A DNA stretch of 64,000 nucleotides. Origin: Octopus sinensis (lineage: Eukaryota). The stretch is taken from NCBI RefSeq assembly GCF_006345805.1, contig NC_043021.1, positions 11,966,001 through 12,030,000 of the forward strand. The letters are read 5' to 3'. How positions within the stretch are numbered: the stretch's first letter is position 1; each line of letters starts with the position of its first letter. This document shows positions 36,753 through 50,642 of the stretch, piece after piece. The translations under genes were made by a program, and so were the position numbers. The notes under the pieces are model-generated. The model was given only the letters and a program-made list of their open reading frames with translations. It had not been told where the DNA came from and ran no database searches.

Positions 36753-37936
36753 GTAATTTTCTATCTTTGATTTGACGTAATGAATCTTTCAAACTTCCTT
36801 GCCAACCCTTTTCTGCCCTTATTTCCCTATCCTTTCTTTTATGATCACCTTTTATCTTGAGGATGATAAATAAATCAATAACAAATGCACAATTTGTAAC
36901 AGTCCAAAACATGATTATAATAGGGTGAAAAAAAAAAGTGATAAAATATTGACAATTGACAAGTCCCTTAACCCCTTGGGGGTTGTTGGGGTGCTGCAGC
37001 TATGTAGCATATCTAGGGCAAGAAAACCAAACAGAGCCCATCCCTCTCTAGGCTAAACTCATTTCTATCGCTGAGTGGACTGGAACAATATGAAATGAAG
37101 TGTTTTGCTCAAGAACACAACAGATCGCCTGGTCCGGGATTGAAACCACAATCTTGCGATCATGAATGCAACGCCCTAACCACTAAGCAACACATCTCCA
37201 CTAGTGGTACTCATTTCTACAGCCGATTGGACTGAAGCAACATGAGATGAAGTGCTTTGCTCAAGAATACAATGTATTGCTCGGTCCAGGGACTGAAACC
37301 ACAATCTTCCAATCATGAGTCCAACACCCTAATCACTAAGCCACGTGCCTCCATGGTAAAATATTAGCTTCTTGAAAATACTTAGTACCTGTCTAACTTT
37401 ATTCGAACTTCACCAATCACTGTGAGGAATGTGGGAGGTTTTTCTGCCACATCCAATATTAGCTTTTACTTGTTTCAGTCATTTGACTGTGGCCATGCTG
37501 GGGCACTGCATTGAAGGGTTTTAGTCAAACAAATCGACCCCCAGGAGTTATTTTTTTTTAAACCTGATACTTATTCTATCAGTCACTTTTGCTGAACTGC
37601 TAAGTTACAGGGATGTAAACACACCAACACCAGTTGTTTGCTGAACTGCTAAGTTACAGGGATGTAAACACACCAACACCAGTTGTCAAGCAGTTGTGGG
37701 AGACACACAAAGACACGCACACATCTCTTCTTCAGCAAGACACTGATTCCTGTTCTTTATCATACTTTCACCTCCTTTAATACTAAACTCCACTAAGTTG
37801 AGGGGTGTTGTCTTGCAAGTACTTGATGACCTCACCAGGCTTTTTTTTTTTTTTGATGTTTGCTTCTTTTGCAGATTTCCATGACCCTCTGTCACCATCC
37901 ATTTCCATCATTATGAATTTGAATTGGAAGCTTGAG

Positions 37937-38748
37937 CCATAATGAATCTTTCATTAGCTGATTTACACAATGATAGAAACCACCCCTCTGGATTCTGTGT
38001 TGAATCATTTGAGTTCTTCCACAACCTCTTGAAACTGGAGTCATAATGAATCTTTCATTGGCTGATTACACAACGATAGAAACCACCCCTCTGGATTCTG
38101 TGTTGAATCATTTGAGTTCTTCCACAACCTCTTGAAACTGGAGTCATAATGAATCTTTCATTGGCTGATTACACAACGATAGAAACCACCCCTCTGGATT
38201 CTGTGTTGAATCATTTGAGTTCTTCCACAACCTCTTGAAACTGGAGTCATAATGAATCTTTCATTGGCTGATTACACAACGATAGAAACCACCCCTCTGG
38301 ATTCTGTGTTGAATCATTTGAGTTCTTCCACAACCTCTTGAAACTGGAGTCATAATGAATCTTTCATTGGCTGATTACACAACGATAGAACCACCCCTCT
38401 GGATTCTGTGTTGAATCATTTGAGTTCTTCCACAACCTCTTGAAACTGGAGTCATAATGAATTTCATTGGCTGATTACACAACGATAGAAACCACCCCTC
38501 TGGATTCTGTGTTGAATCATTTGAGTTCTTCCACAACCTCTTGAAACTGAAGTCATAATGAATCTTTCATTGGCTGATTACACAACGATAGAAACCACCC
38601 CTCTGGATTCTGTGTTGAATCATTTGAGTTCTTCCACAACCTCTTGAAACTGGAGTCATAATGAATCTTTCATTGGCTGATTACACAACGATAGAAACCA
38701 CCCCTCTGGATTCTGTGTTGAATCATTTGAGTTCTTCCACAACCTCTT
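37937..38748. repeat. 103-bp satellite x about 8 (intron 3 of the PhnD-like gene)
   Basis: Unit starts at 37937, 38040, 38143, 38246 and onward; units near-identical. Confidence 0.97.
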
Positions 38749-41215
38749 CCCAATCTGCCAAGCAGCTTTCACAGACTCTCATGACTCTGCCACTATCCAA
38801 TTCCATTATTACAAATTTGAATTGGGAACTTGTGTCATAGTAAGTCTTTCATTAGCTGATCATACAACGATGGGCACCATGGGTGATCCTGACCGCTGAC
38901 CTTCTAGGATTCCTCTGCTCAGCATCAATGTAAGAAGCACTGTTGTATCGAGTTCTTCCACCACCTCTTCCCAATCTGCCATGCAGCTTTCACAGACTCC
39001 CATAACTCTGCCACTATCCAATTCCATTATTACAAATTTGAATTGGGAACTTGTGTCATAGTAAGTCTTTCATTAGCTGATCATACAACGATGGGCACCA
39101 TGGGTGATCCTGACCGCTGACCTTCTAGGATTCCTCTGCTCAGCATCAATGTAAGAAGCACTGTTGTGTCGAGTTCTTCCACAACCTCTTCCCAATCTGC
39201 CAAGCAGCTTTCACAGACTCTCATGACTCTGCCACTATCCAATTCCATTATTACAAATTTGAATTGGGAACTTGTGTCATAGTAAGTCTTTCATTAGCTG
39301 ATCATACAACGATGGGCACCATGGGTGATCTGACCGCTGACCTTCTAGGATTCCTCTGCTCAGCAATCAATGTAAGAAGCACTGTTGTATCGAGTTCTTC
39401 CACCACCTCTTCCCATCTGCCATGCATCTGTCACAGACTCCCATGACTCTGCCACTATCCAATTCCATTATTACAAATTTGAATTGGGAACTTGTGTCAC
39501 AGTAAGTCTTTCATTAGCTGATCATACAACGATGGGCACCATGGTGATCCTGACCGTTGACCTTCTAGGATTCCTCTGCTCAGCATCATCATGTAAGAAG
39601 CACTGTTGTATCGAGTTCTTCCCACCTTTTCCCAATTGCCATGCATCTGTCACAGACTCCCATGACTCTGCCACTATCCAATTCCATTATTACAAATTGA
39701 ATTGGGAACTTGTGTCATAGTAAGTCTTTCATTAGCTGATCATACAACGATGGCACCATGGGTGATCCTGACCGCTGACCTTCTAGGATTCCTTGCTCAG
39801 CATCAATGTAAGAAGCACTGTTGTGTCGAGTTCTTCCACCACCTCTTCCCAATCTGCCATGCAGCTTTCACAGACTCCCATGACTCTGCCACTATCCAAT
39901 TCCATTATTACAAATTTGAATTGGGAACTTGTGTCATAGTAAGTCTTTCATTAGCTGATCATACAACGATGGGCACCATGGGTGATCCTGACCGTTGACC
40001 TTCTAGGATTCCTCTGCTCAGCATCAATGTAAGAAGCACTGTTGTATCGAGTTCTTCTACCACCTCTTCCCAATCTGCCATGCATCTGTCACAGACTCCC
40101 ATGACTCTGCCACTATCCAATTCCATTATTACAAATTTGAATTGGGAACTTGTGTCATAGTAAGTCTTTCATTAGCTGATCATACAACGATGGGCACCAT
40201 GGGTGATCCTGACCGCTGACCTTCTAGGATTCCCCTGCTCAGCATCAATGTAAGAAGCACTTTTGTATCGAGTTCTTCCACCACCTTTTCCCAATCTGCC
40301 AAGCAGCTTTCACAGACTCCCATGACTCTGCCATTATCCAATTCCATTATTACAAATTTGAATTGGGAACTTGTGTCATAGTAAGTCTTTCATTAGCTGA
40401 TCATACAACGATGGGCACCATGGGTGATCCTGACCGTTGACCTTCTAGGATTCCTCTGCTCAGCATCAATGTAAGAAGCACTGTTGTATCGAGTTCTTCC
40501 ACCACCTCTTCCCAATCTGCCATGCAGCTTTCACAGATTCCCATGACTCTGCCATTATCCAATTCCATCATTACGAATCTGAATGGGAAGCTTCAGTCAT
40601 AATGAATCTTTCATCAGCTGATTACACAACCATGGATGCCATCCCTATGGATGCTTTGCAGTTACTCTCTTGATGTGGTTTGGTGTTCCTGACCATTGAT
40701 CTTCTGGGATTCCTCTGCTCGGCATCAATGTAAGAAGCAGCATTGGCTCATTTGAGCTCTTCTGCTACCTCTTCACAATCTGCCATGCTGCTTTCATCAT
40801 CATCATCATCATCATCATCATCGTTTAGTGTCCGCTTTCCATGGGTTGGACGGTTCAACTGGGGTCCGGGAAGCCAGAAGGCTGCACCAGGCCCAGTCTG
40901 ATCTGGCAATGTTTCTACGGCTGGATGCCCTTCCTAACACCATGCCCTTCCTAATGCCAGGGTGCCCTTCCTAACGCCACCATGCACTCCTCCATTATTA
41001 CAAATTTGAATTGGGAGCTTGTGTTATAGTTCATCTTTCATTAGCTGACTACACAACCATAGATGCATTACAGTTACTCTCATGATAGAGCCTTGGTGAT
41101 CCTGATCATTGATCTTCTGGGATTCCTCTGCTCAGCATCAATGTAAGAAACTCTGTCGGCTCAGTTGAGCTTCTCTGCTGCCTCTTCACAATCTGTCCTA
41201 TGACTTCCACTGCAT
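38749..41215. repeat. 221-bp satellite x8 plus older, longer diverged monomers interrupted by a family-D SINE
   Basis: cccaatctgcc unit starts at 38749, 38970, 39191, 39412, 39631, 39848, 40069, 40290 and 40511; diverged monomers at 40511-40794 and 40981-41215. Confidence 0.95.
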
Positions 41216-43959
41216 CCCTAGCAGGGTGGCTAAACAGGTGCTATGCTTTGCCAAAGGGCAGTCTGTAACAATGCAGGGCACGGCTGTCACTCTGTGAGGT
41301 ATTTTCGAAGTGTCTGCATAGGCGCAGGAGTGGATGTGTGGTAAGGAGCTGGCAGAAACATTAGCATGCCGGGCGAAATGCTTAGCGGTATTTCGTCTGT
41401 CGCTACATTCTGAGTTCAAATTCTGCCGAGGTCAACTTTGCCTTTCATCTTTTCGGGGTCGATTAAATAAGTACCAGTTACACACTGGGGTTCATATAAA
41501 TGACTTAATCCATATGTCTGTCCTTGTTTGTCCCCTCTGTGTGTAGCCCCTTGTGGGCAGTAAATAAATAAGAAACTTGCTTCCTAACCACATGGTTCTG
41601 GGTTCAGTCCCACTGCGTGACACCTTGGGCAAGTGTCTTCTGTTATAGCCTCAGGCCGACCAAAGCCTTGTGAGTGGATTTGGTAAGTGGAAACTGAAAG
41701 AAGGCTGTCGTGTATATGTAAATATATATATATATATATATATGCATATATGTGTGTGTTTGGGTGTCTGTGTTTGTGCCCCCCCCCACATCGCTTGACA
41801 ACCAATGCTGGTGTGTTTATGTCCCTGTAACTTAGCAGTTTGGCAAAAGATAGAATAAGTACTAGGCTTACAACGAATAAATCCTGGGGTCAATTTGTTC
41901 AACTAAAGGTGCTGCTCCAGCATGGCCACAGTCAAAATGACCAAAACAAGTAAAAGAACAAAAGAATACCAAAATACCAGTGCTAATACCACATAAAAGC
42001 ACTGAGTATACTCTCTGTAAAATGGTTGGCATTTGGAAGGGCATTCAGCTGTAAAAGCCATGCCAAAGCAGACATTAGACCTCACAACAGACAGACCTCT
42101 GACTCATTGGTTTCTGTCCAATCCATGCCAGCATGGAAAACTGCCATTTAAAACTGATGATAGTGATGACGGATCTTTATATAGCCATTGTTCATATGAT
42201 ATGTAATCTCTGTGGTCAAATCTACAGGCTGTTGGCCCACTGGCTGAAAGGTGGCTGGTGGTCTGTCTATATTTGGATGTGTGTTTTATGTCTATAGCCA
42301 GCCAAGGCTATTAATGCTGATTGACTCACTAAAACACATGCCAAAAGGAACACTGTGTAATTACTCTCTGAGCTCAAATATTTTCATTGGTGAGCCATCT
42401 TAACTTCTTAATATGTTATTAATGTTTGTAAGGAGGCAAGCGGGCAGAATCATTAGCACAGTGGGCAAAGTGCTTAGTGGTATTTCACCCACTTTTACAT
42501 TCTGAGTTCAAATTCTGTCGAAGTTGACTTTGCCTTTCAATCTTTTGGGATCGATAAAATAAGTAGCAGTTGAGTACTGAGGCTGATGTAATCAACTTAC
42601 CCCTCCCCCGAAATTGCTGGCCTTGTGTCAAAATTTGAAACCAGTTTGTTATTGGTATTTGTAAGGTGGTGAGCTGGCAAAATACTTAGAGCGGTATTTC
42701 ACCTGACTTTATGTTCTGAGTTCAAATTCTACCAAGGTCAGCTTTGTCTCTCAACCTTTCACAGTTGATAAAATAAGTACCAGTTATGCACTGGGGTCAA
42801 TGCTATCAACTCACTCCCTCTCCTAAAATTGCTGGCCTTGTACCAAGATTTGAAATCAGTATGTTACTAGTGCTTTAGGCTGGTAAATGAAGCTGGAATG
42901 ATGATGATGATGCATTGAAGGAATGAAGGAAAAAAAATTAATTATGAAGATGGTTCTTTATTTAGATGATTATAATGTCGTTATAAATATAAAATAAATG
43001 ACGTTTTGTGCAGTAAAATAATTTCTAGTTCCATAAACTCTTTGCATGTGGGAGCTAGCTTCATTGTCTGTCGCTAGAGAGAGAGAAAAGATGAGATTTG
43101 TACAGACAAACTGAAGGTATAAGCAGTGTGTTGTCCCTCTCTTTTTCCATTCCCTGGTGGGATCCTCACTTAAGGCAGCAACCAAAGAGAATGACCAACC
43201 CTTTTGCTGGGTTAGGTAAAGTTTGGCAACTAAAGTAGGTCAACTTAAAACAAAGGATTGACCTCTCTGTGACCAGGTCAACTCAGCCTCATTAATCTCC
43301 AAGTGCAGAAAGGAAAAAAAAAACAATATTTATCTGACAATTAACAAAAATGTGGGTTTAGTTTTGAATCCTCTTAACTGCAGTAGGTGGTCTTTAGATA
43401 TATATGTACATATATACATATATATGCAGCTACATATGTGTGCATGTGTGTGTGTGTGTGTGTATGTAATAAATATATATCGTTTACTCTTTTACTTGTT
43501 TCAGTCATTTGACTGTGGCCATGCTGGAGCACCACCTTTAAGTCGAGCAAATCGACCCCAGGACTTATTCTTTGTAAGCCTAGTACTTATTCTATCGGTC
43601 TTTTTTGCCAAACCGCTAAGTTACGGTGACGTAAACACACCAGCATCGGTTGTCAAGCGATGTTGGGGAGACAAACATATACACATAATACATATATATA
43701 CATATATACGACGTGCTCCTTTCAGTTTCCGTCTACCAAATCCACACTTGTGGTGTCCTGTACCCATATATGCATGTATATATACATATAAAGAGAAAGT
43801 TTACGAAAAAGACGAAGGCAGGTGGAGTACAAACAAACGAATGTATTAGTATAGCACTCAGGAATAGAAAAAGTACATACCTACATCTATATATACATAT
43901 AGATGTAGGTATGTACATATATGTATGTATGTATGCATATGTTTTATTTATTAAATTGT

Positions 43960-43992
<33 letters not shown>

Positions 43993-44016
43993 ATATATAC
44001 ATATATATATATATAC

Positions 44017-44070
<54 letters not shown>

Positions 44071-45500
44071 AGCTTAGAGAAGAGGAAGAACGAAACGAAA
44101 CGGAAGGAATCGAATCGACGCGAGGGCGCTCAGTCATACAATAGTGTAATAAATAAAATATATGCATACATACAAACATATATGTACGTACCTACATCTA
44201 CATGTATATATACATGCATATATAAATATATATACGTGTGTACAGGACACCACAAATAGACATAGAACTCAACGAGAAACGAAAAAGTAAAAACAGCATG
44301 GAATGGACCATTTTTTTAACAACGAAAAAACAGAGTACAAGACAACTACGCAAGGAAAAATCCCCTTCATCACCTGTCCCTAGTTCAACTCCAGTGTGTT
44401 TCCAAAGTGCCACGCAGTGGGACTGAACCTGGAACCATGTGGTTGGTAAGCAAGCTACTTACCACACAGCCACAGTGTGTGTATGTATGTTGTATGTTTA
44501 CATATATGACAAGCATTGGTGTCTCTATACACCATGGTATGTGTGTGTGTGTTTGTATGTATGTGTAAATATGTTTGTGTGTGTGCATATATATATATAT
44601 ATATATGTATGTATGTCTATGTATGTATGTATATATATATATGTATATTTGTATGTATGTCTATGTATGTATGTATATGTATAAATATATATTTGTATGT
44701 ATGTCTGTGTATGTATGTATATGTATAAATATATATTTGTATGTATGTCTATGTATGTATGTATATGTATAAATATATATTTGTATGTATGTCTATGTAT
44801 GTATGTATATATATATATGTATATTTGTATGTATGTGTAAATATGTTTGTGTGTGTGCATATATATATATATATATGTATGTATGTCTATGTATGTATGT
44901 ATATATATATATGTATATTTGTATGTATGTGTAAATATGTTTGTGTGTGTGCATATATATATATATATATATGTATGTATGTCTATGTATGTATGTATAT
45001 GTATAAATATATATGTGTATGCAGCCTTCTTGGTCCCCCATTTACTGTTCTCTGGTCATGCAGTCAATTTAGTTCATATTATCTTTATTGCCACCCATCT
45101 TAACTATATTCACAATCCCTCTTTCTCTTGCTTATCTTGTTGCCACCAAATGACAGCTGACCATCTCCTCTCATTCACTGTTAGTCCTTGAAACCCTTTG
45201 ATGTTCTTTAAGTGGGTGAGGGTTTTTTCTTCTCCTTTCTCTCTTATTTTTCTCTTTCCTTGTTTCTCCTTTTCTGTTTCCCTTCATTTCCTTCCTCTAT
45301 TTCAATCCATTGAACAAGTTCTTTAATCTATTACCTTGTATATTTACTTTGAAGTAGCATTCTCTATTCAGTCTCTCAGATGAAACCAAGATAGGAAGGT
45401 CAATTTGCATTATGTTGTGTTTGTGTGGAGAATCCTAAGTGTTGAAGAAAACAGTTTGTTTATATACGTATGTGGATATATATGTATGTATGCATGTATG

Positions 45501-45533
<33 letters not shown>

Positions 45534-45792
45534 GTATGCATGCATGCATGTATGTATGTCTGTATGTCATTACTCTTTTACTTGTTTCAGTCATGTGACT
45601 GTTACCATGCTGGAGCACTGCCTTTAGACAAGCAAATCGACCCCAGGACTTATTCTTTGTAAGCCTAGTACTTATTCTATCGGTCTCTTTTGAGATGGGA
45701 GACATAAACACACCAGCATCGGTTGTCAAGTGATGTTGGGGAGACAAACACAGACACACAAACATATATACACACACACATATATATATATA

Positions 45793-45855
<63 letters not shown>

Positions 45856-47189
45856 GATGGGCTTCTTTCAGTTTTTGCCTACCAAATCCACTCATAAGGC
45901 TATAATAGAAGACACTCGCCCAAGGTGCCATGCAGTGGGACTGAACCTGCAACCATGTGATTCGTAAGCAAGCTACTTACCACATAGCCACTCCTATGTT
46001 TACTGTTGAGTTTTATTTCAAGATTTCTTGCCATTAAAGAAAGGACCATTTTCTAACTTAGATCCAAGGCACCTTCATTGGAATTTCAACATCAACAGGG
46101 AATTTTTTGTTTGTATGTATGTAGTTGTGATACCCGTGCTGGTGGCACGTAAAAAACACCATCCAAACGTGGCCATTCCAGCCTCCCCTGGCACATAAAA
46201 AGGACCAACTGATCATGCCACTGCCAGCCTCCCCTGGCATCTGTGCTGGTGGCACGTAAAAAGCACCCACTACACCCGCAGAGTGATTGGCGTTAGGAAG
46301 GGCATCCAGCTGTAGAAACATTGCCCGATCAGACTGGAGCCTGGTGCAGCCTCCTGGCTTCCCAGACCCCGGTCAAACCGTCCAACCCATGCTAGCATGG
46401 AAAACGGACGTCAAGCGACGATGATGATGGTGTGTGTGTGTTTATACAGGCCTCTCCATCAGAGTGAAACGCAGATTGTAGGATGCCTGTGTGTAGACAG
46501 CCATGCTACATGGTAGTGAAAATAGGCTGTAACTACAGAGGACATGTGAAGACTTGAAAGAAATGAAGTTACTGTACTCTACTGGATGTGCAGTGTCAGT
46601 GTGCATGTGAGGCAATGTAGGCATCATTATCATCATCATCATTTAACGTCCGTTCTCCATGCTAGCATGGGTTGGACGGTTCAACCGGGGATCTGGGAAG
46701 CCAGAAGGCTGCACCAGGCTCCAGTCTGATCTGGCAGTGTTTCTACAGCTGGATGCCCTTCCTAACGCCAACCACTGCGTGAGTGTGGTGGGTGCTTTTT
46801 ACATGCCACCTGCACAGGTGCCAGGCGAGGCTGGCAACGGCCACGATTCGGATGGTGCTTTTTACGTGCCACCGGCACGGAAGCCAGTCAAGGCGGCGCT
46901 GGCATCGGCCACGATTCGGATGGTGCTTTTTATGTGCCACCGGCACGGAAGCCAGTCTAGGCGGCGCTGGCATCGGCCATGTTCAGATGGTACTTTTACG
47001 TGCCACCGTCTCAGGGATCACAACTGCAGTTTCCGTTGATTTTGATGTTGGTGTACTTGACTCAATGGATCTCCTCGAGCACAGGGTCGAAATGGTGTTT
47101 CTTCACTTGCCACCTGCACAGGAGTCAGTCCAGCGGTCCTGGCAACTGCCGGGTGCCAGTCATAGGATTGGTTCAATTTCGGTTCCGAT

Positions 47190-47450
47190 CTTGAGAGAAA
47201 ATAGGGAATAAGAGGCATAAGAGACTGTACTGGTATGGTCATGTGAAGCATATGGACAAGGACAGCTGTGTCAAGAAGTGCCGATCACTAACTGTTGAGG
47301 GAACATGTGGGAAAGATAGACCCAGGAAGACCAGGAACAAGGGTGGTGAAGCAAGTTCTTCAGATGTTGGGTCTGGAGGAGGTGGTGATAAGTGATTGAG
47401 ATGTTTGGCAGTTTGTTGTCTTTGAGAAGACTTGTCAGGACAAATGAAAT
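47190..47450 (+). mobile_element. RTE-clade LINE 3' coding end, decayed
   Basis: RLYWYGHVKHMDKDSCVKKCRSLTVEGTCGKDRPRKT matches 'RL.W.GHV.RM......GRP..TW'. Confidence 0.85.
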
Positions 47451-48459
47451 CCCACTGGGCAAGAGAGAGAGAGAGGGGGTGGTGAGGTCACATGGTACTA
47501 AGTGAATGTGAGAGAAAGATTAGGGATAGAGGAACAGATATTGCGTGTGGGTAGGTGGTTAAGTAAATGTGCAAGGGTGAAAAGTTTGTGACAAATGATT
47601 TAAGATACGGTTTGAGGTGGCTGCCCAAGGTGCCATGCTGTGGAACTGAACCCAAAACCATGTGGCTAGGAAACAAACTTCTTAACTACACAAATATGCT
47701 GGCCCTAATAGCAAAAAATAAATAAAAAATTAGACATGTAATATTTATGACTGAAAAATACTTTTGATGATGGCTGCCTTGAGCTAACCTGCCTTTTCTC
47801 CTTGTCCTAAAAATTCTTTTCTACTTTGGGCACAAGGCCCGAAATTTTTGAAGAGTAAGGGGCAGTCGATTAGATCAACCCCAGTACATAACTGGTATTT
47901 AATTTATTGACCCCAAAATGATGAAAGGCAAAGTCAACTTCGGCAGAATTTGAACTCAGAATGTAAAGAAAGACGAAATACCGCTAAGCATTTTGCCCAG
48001 CATGCTAACGATTCATATTTCTTTATTGCCCACAAGGGGCTAAACATAAAGGGGACAAACTAAGGGATTAAGTCGATTGCATCGACTCCAGTGCATAACT
48101 GGTACTTATTTAATCGACCCCGAAAGGATGAAAGGCTAAGTCGACCTTGGTGGAATTTGAACTCAGAATGTAAAGACAGGCAAAATACCACTATGCATTT
48201 TGCCTGGCGTGCTAACGTATCTGCCAGCTTGCTGCTTTGCTAATATTTCTGCCTAAAAATTAGCAGATTTGGTGGTACATTTTGACTTATCAAGACTTAT
48301 TCTGAACAGCTTGACAAACACACTGAAGTCTGTAAATTATTGTGTCACAAACACAAAAGATCCAATTCACTGCTTAAAGTGAATAGAAACATGTGACCTA
48401 AATGTTTAGTGAAGCAAGTAATTCATATCTAGGTTATGTTATTATTATTATTATTATTG

Positions 48460-49015
48460 ATTGAGAGAGCAGTGCATACCATCAAAGTGACTCTGGGGTA
48501 AAATATACAAAGACCAGTATACCCATCATGACTACCCGTCTGATAAGGGTACACTAGGCACATGCATCACAACCATATGAGCACGACATGGTGATCTCGT
48601 ATCAAGATAAACAGCACATGACCTTGCAGGTGGGGCCCAGTTAGAATTTTCTTCTGGTCGAGTAGCCCATCCTGCTCAAAAGGTCCCTGAATAAGGGTTG
48701 TTTAAAGATGTTGAACGAAACACCCATGTCTCCAGAGGTGAATTATTCAAACCCCAAACAATCCCTCTCAACACATGGCTATGATGTTCCTCCACTACTT
48801 CTGCTCGTGATCAGAGATGCACATATCATCAGCCACTAAGGGACATTCTCAACTGGTTACGGTCAAACAACTGACAAGCAAATCTGTGGTATTGAGCAGA
48901 ATATTTGCTCTAGCCCATCTTTTATACCAAGACAAAACAATGCACATGATAACACTTCCAATCAGTTAAGATCAAAAGCCATGAGAGCCACTGGCTGGTA
49001 CTGCATCAGGGTATT
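48460..49015 (-). repeat. Unclassified interspersed repeat of about 560 bp with an (AAT)n end
   Basis: An internally deleted copy lies at 52501-52755(+), and partial copies at 54880-55115 and 55960-56085. Confidence 0.7.
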
Positions 49016-49508
49016 TATTATTATTATTATTGAGAAGGCGTTGAGGTAGCAGAATCATGAGCACACCGGGCAAAATGTTTAGTGGCATTTTGTCTCTCTT
49101 TATGTTCTGAGTTCAAATTCCGCTGAGGTTGACTTTGCCTTTCCTCCCATCGGAGTCAATAGAATAAGTTACCAGTGAAACATTGGGGTCGATGCAATTG
49201 ACTCTCCCACTCCCCTGAAAATTTCACGCCTTGTGCCTATAGTAGAAAGAATTATTATTATTATTATTATTATCATTATTATTGAGAAGATGGTGAGCTG
49301 GAAGCATTGTTAGCATGCCAGGCAAAATGCTTGGTGGTTTTCTGCGCGTCACTACATTCTGAGTTCAAATTCCGCCAAGGTCGACTTTGCCTTTCATTCT
49401 TTCGGGGTTGATAAAATAAGTACCAGTTGAACATTGGGGTCGATGTAATTAACTCATCTCCTCCCCCAAAATTGTTTCCCTTGTGGCAAAAATTTGAAAC
49501 CATTAGTA

Positions 49509-49857
49509 TTATTGCCTCCGCCTTAGCGAAGGCGTTGCTTTCTGTCATGTTTGTTTGTTTGTCTTTGGACAAGACATCTCAAGAACTGCTGGATGGATTT
49601 GGATGAAACTTTCAGGGACGTTCGGCCTTGTGACTGGCACGGACTGATTAGGTTTTGGGATCGATCCGGTACCGGATAAGGATTCTGGATTATTTTACCG
49701 TTTTTGAGAGGGGTCGGGTCTATTTTTAGCATTCTTGTTTGTGGGAGCAGTCGAGTTTATTTCAGATATTTTCGTTTTAAAAATCATCCCTGGCTAATCA
49801 TTGAGAGGACGTTGGTGTTGCCTTGGCGTAGTTTGCACTCTCTGGATGCTCTTGTTG
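49509..49857 (+). mobile_element. Helentron/DINE-1-like non-autonomous element
   Basis: 5' ttattgcctccgcc..ag, a gtttgtttgtct microsatellite, ggatggatttggatgaaacttt, and 3' ccttggcgtag subterminal inverted repeat followed by a short hairpin. Confidence 0.7.
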
Positions 49858-50642
49858 TTATTATTATTATTGTTAGCACACTGGGCAAAATGCTTAGCAA
49901 CATTTCGTGTCTACTGATTCCTCTTATAAATTACCCAGCACTTTGTCTTGTATTTCGGTCATTAATCTCGCTAGAGTTACGTCCCTTTAGAGAGTCATCT
50001 CCCTTCCAAAAACCTACGCTATCACAGCATATTAACACCCATTTATGTATGGCTGTTGATATGTTGTTAACACTAATACAAAAACAGACTTTCAAACCTA
50101 CTGCCGTGTGTGTATGCTATGCATATGTCTTAGGAATGAGAACCCAGGTTCAAAATTTCAAAGACACCTGATGAAGGCTGGAGGGTATATCAGCTGAAAT
50201 GTTGTGTTAACAACAAACAAGATGAAACAGTTCTATATTTAAGAGATGAGGAATTATGTACATTATTTACATTTGACGGATATTTGCCCTTCATCTTGTT
50301 TGTTGTTAACAACAAACAAGATGAGGACAAATATTCGTCAAATGTAAACAATGTAAATAAAATCAAGATGAGGACAAATATTCGTCAAATGTAAATAATG
50401 GTGATAATGGTGATCGTGGTGTTGGAGATGATGATGATGATGATAGTGGTGATGATGGTAACAACGCTGGTGGTGGTGGTGGTGGTGATTGTCATCATTA
50501 CGAAGGTATCCAGTTTCCTTGCTATAACACACTATCAATCCTAACTGAAAATTACTGCAATGTTTATTAATTGATTAATTAATTAATTAATTGATTGATT
50601 AATTAATTTATTCATTTATTATTTATTTATTTTAACTTTCAG

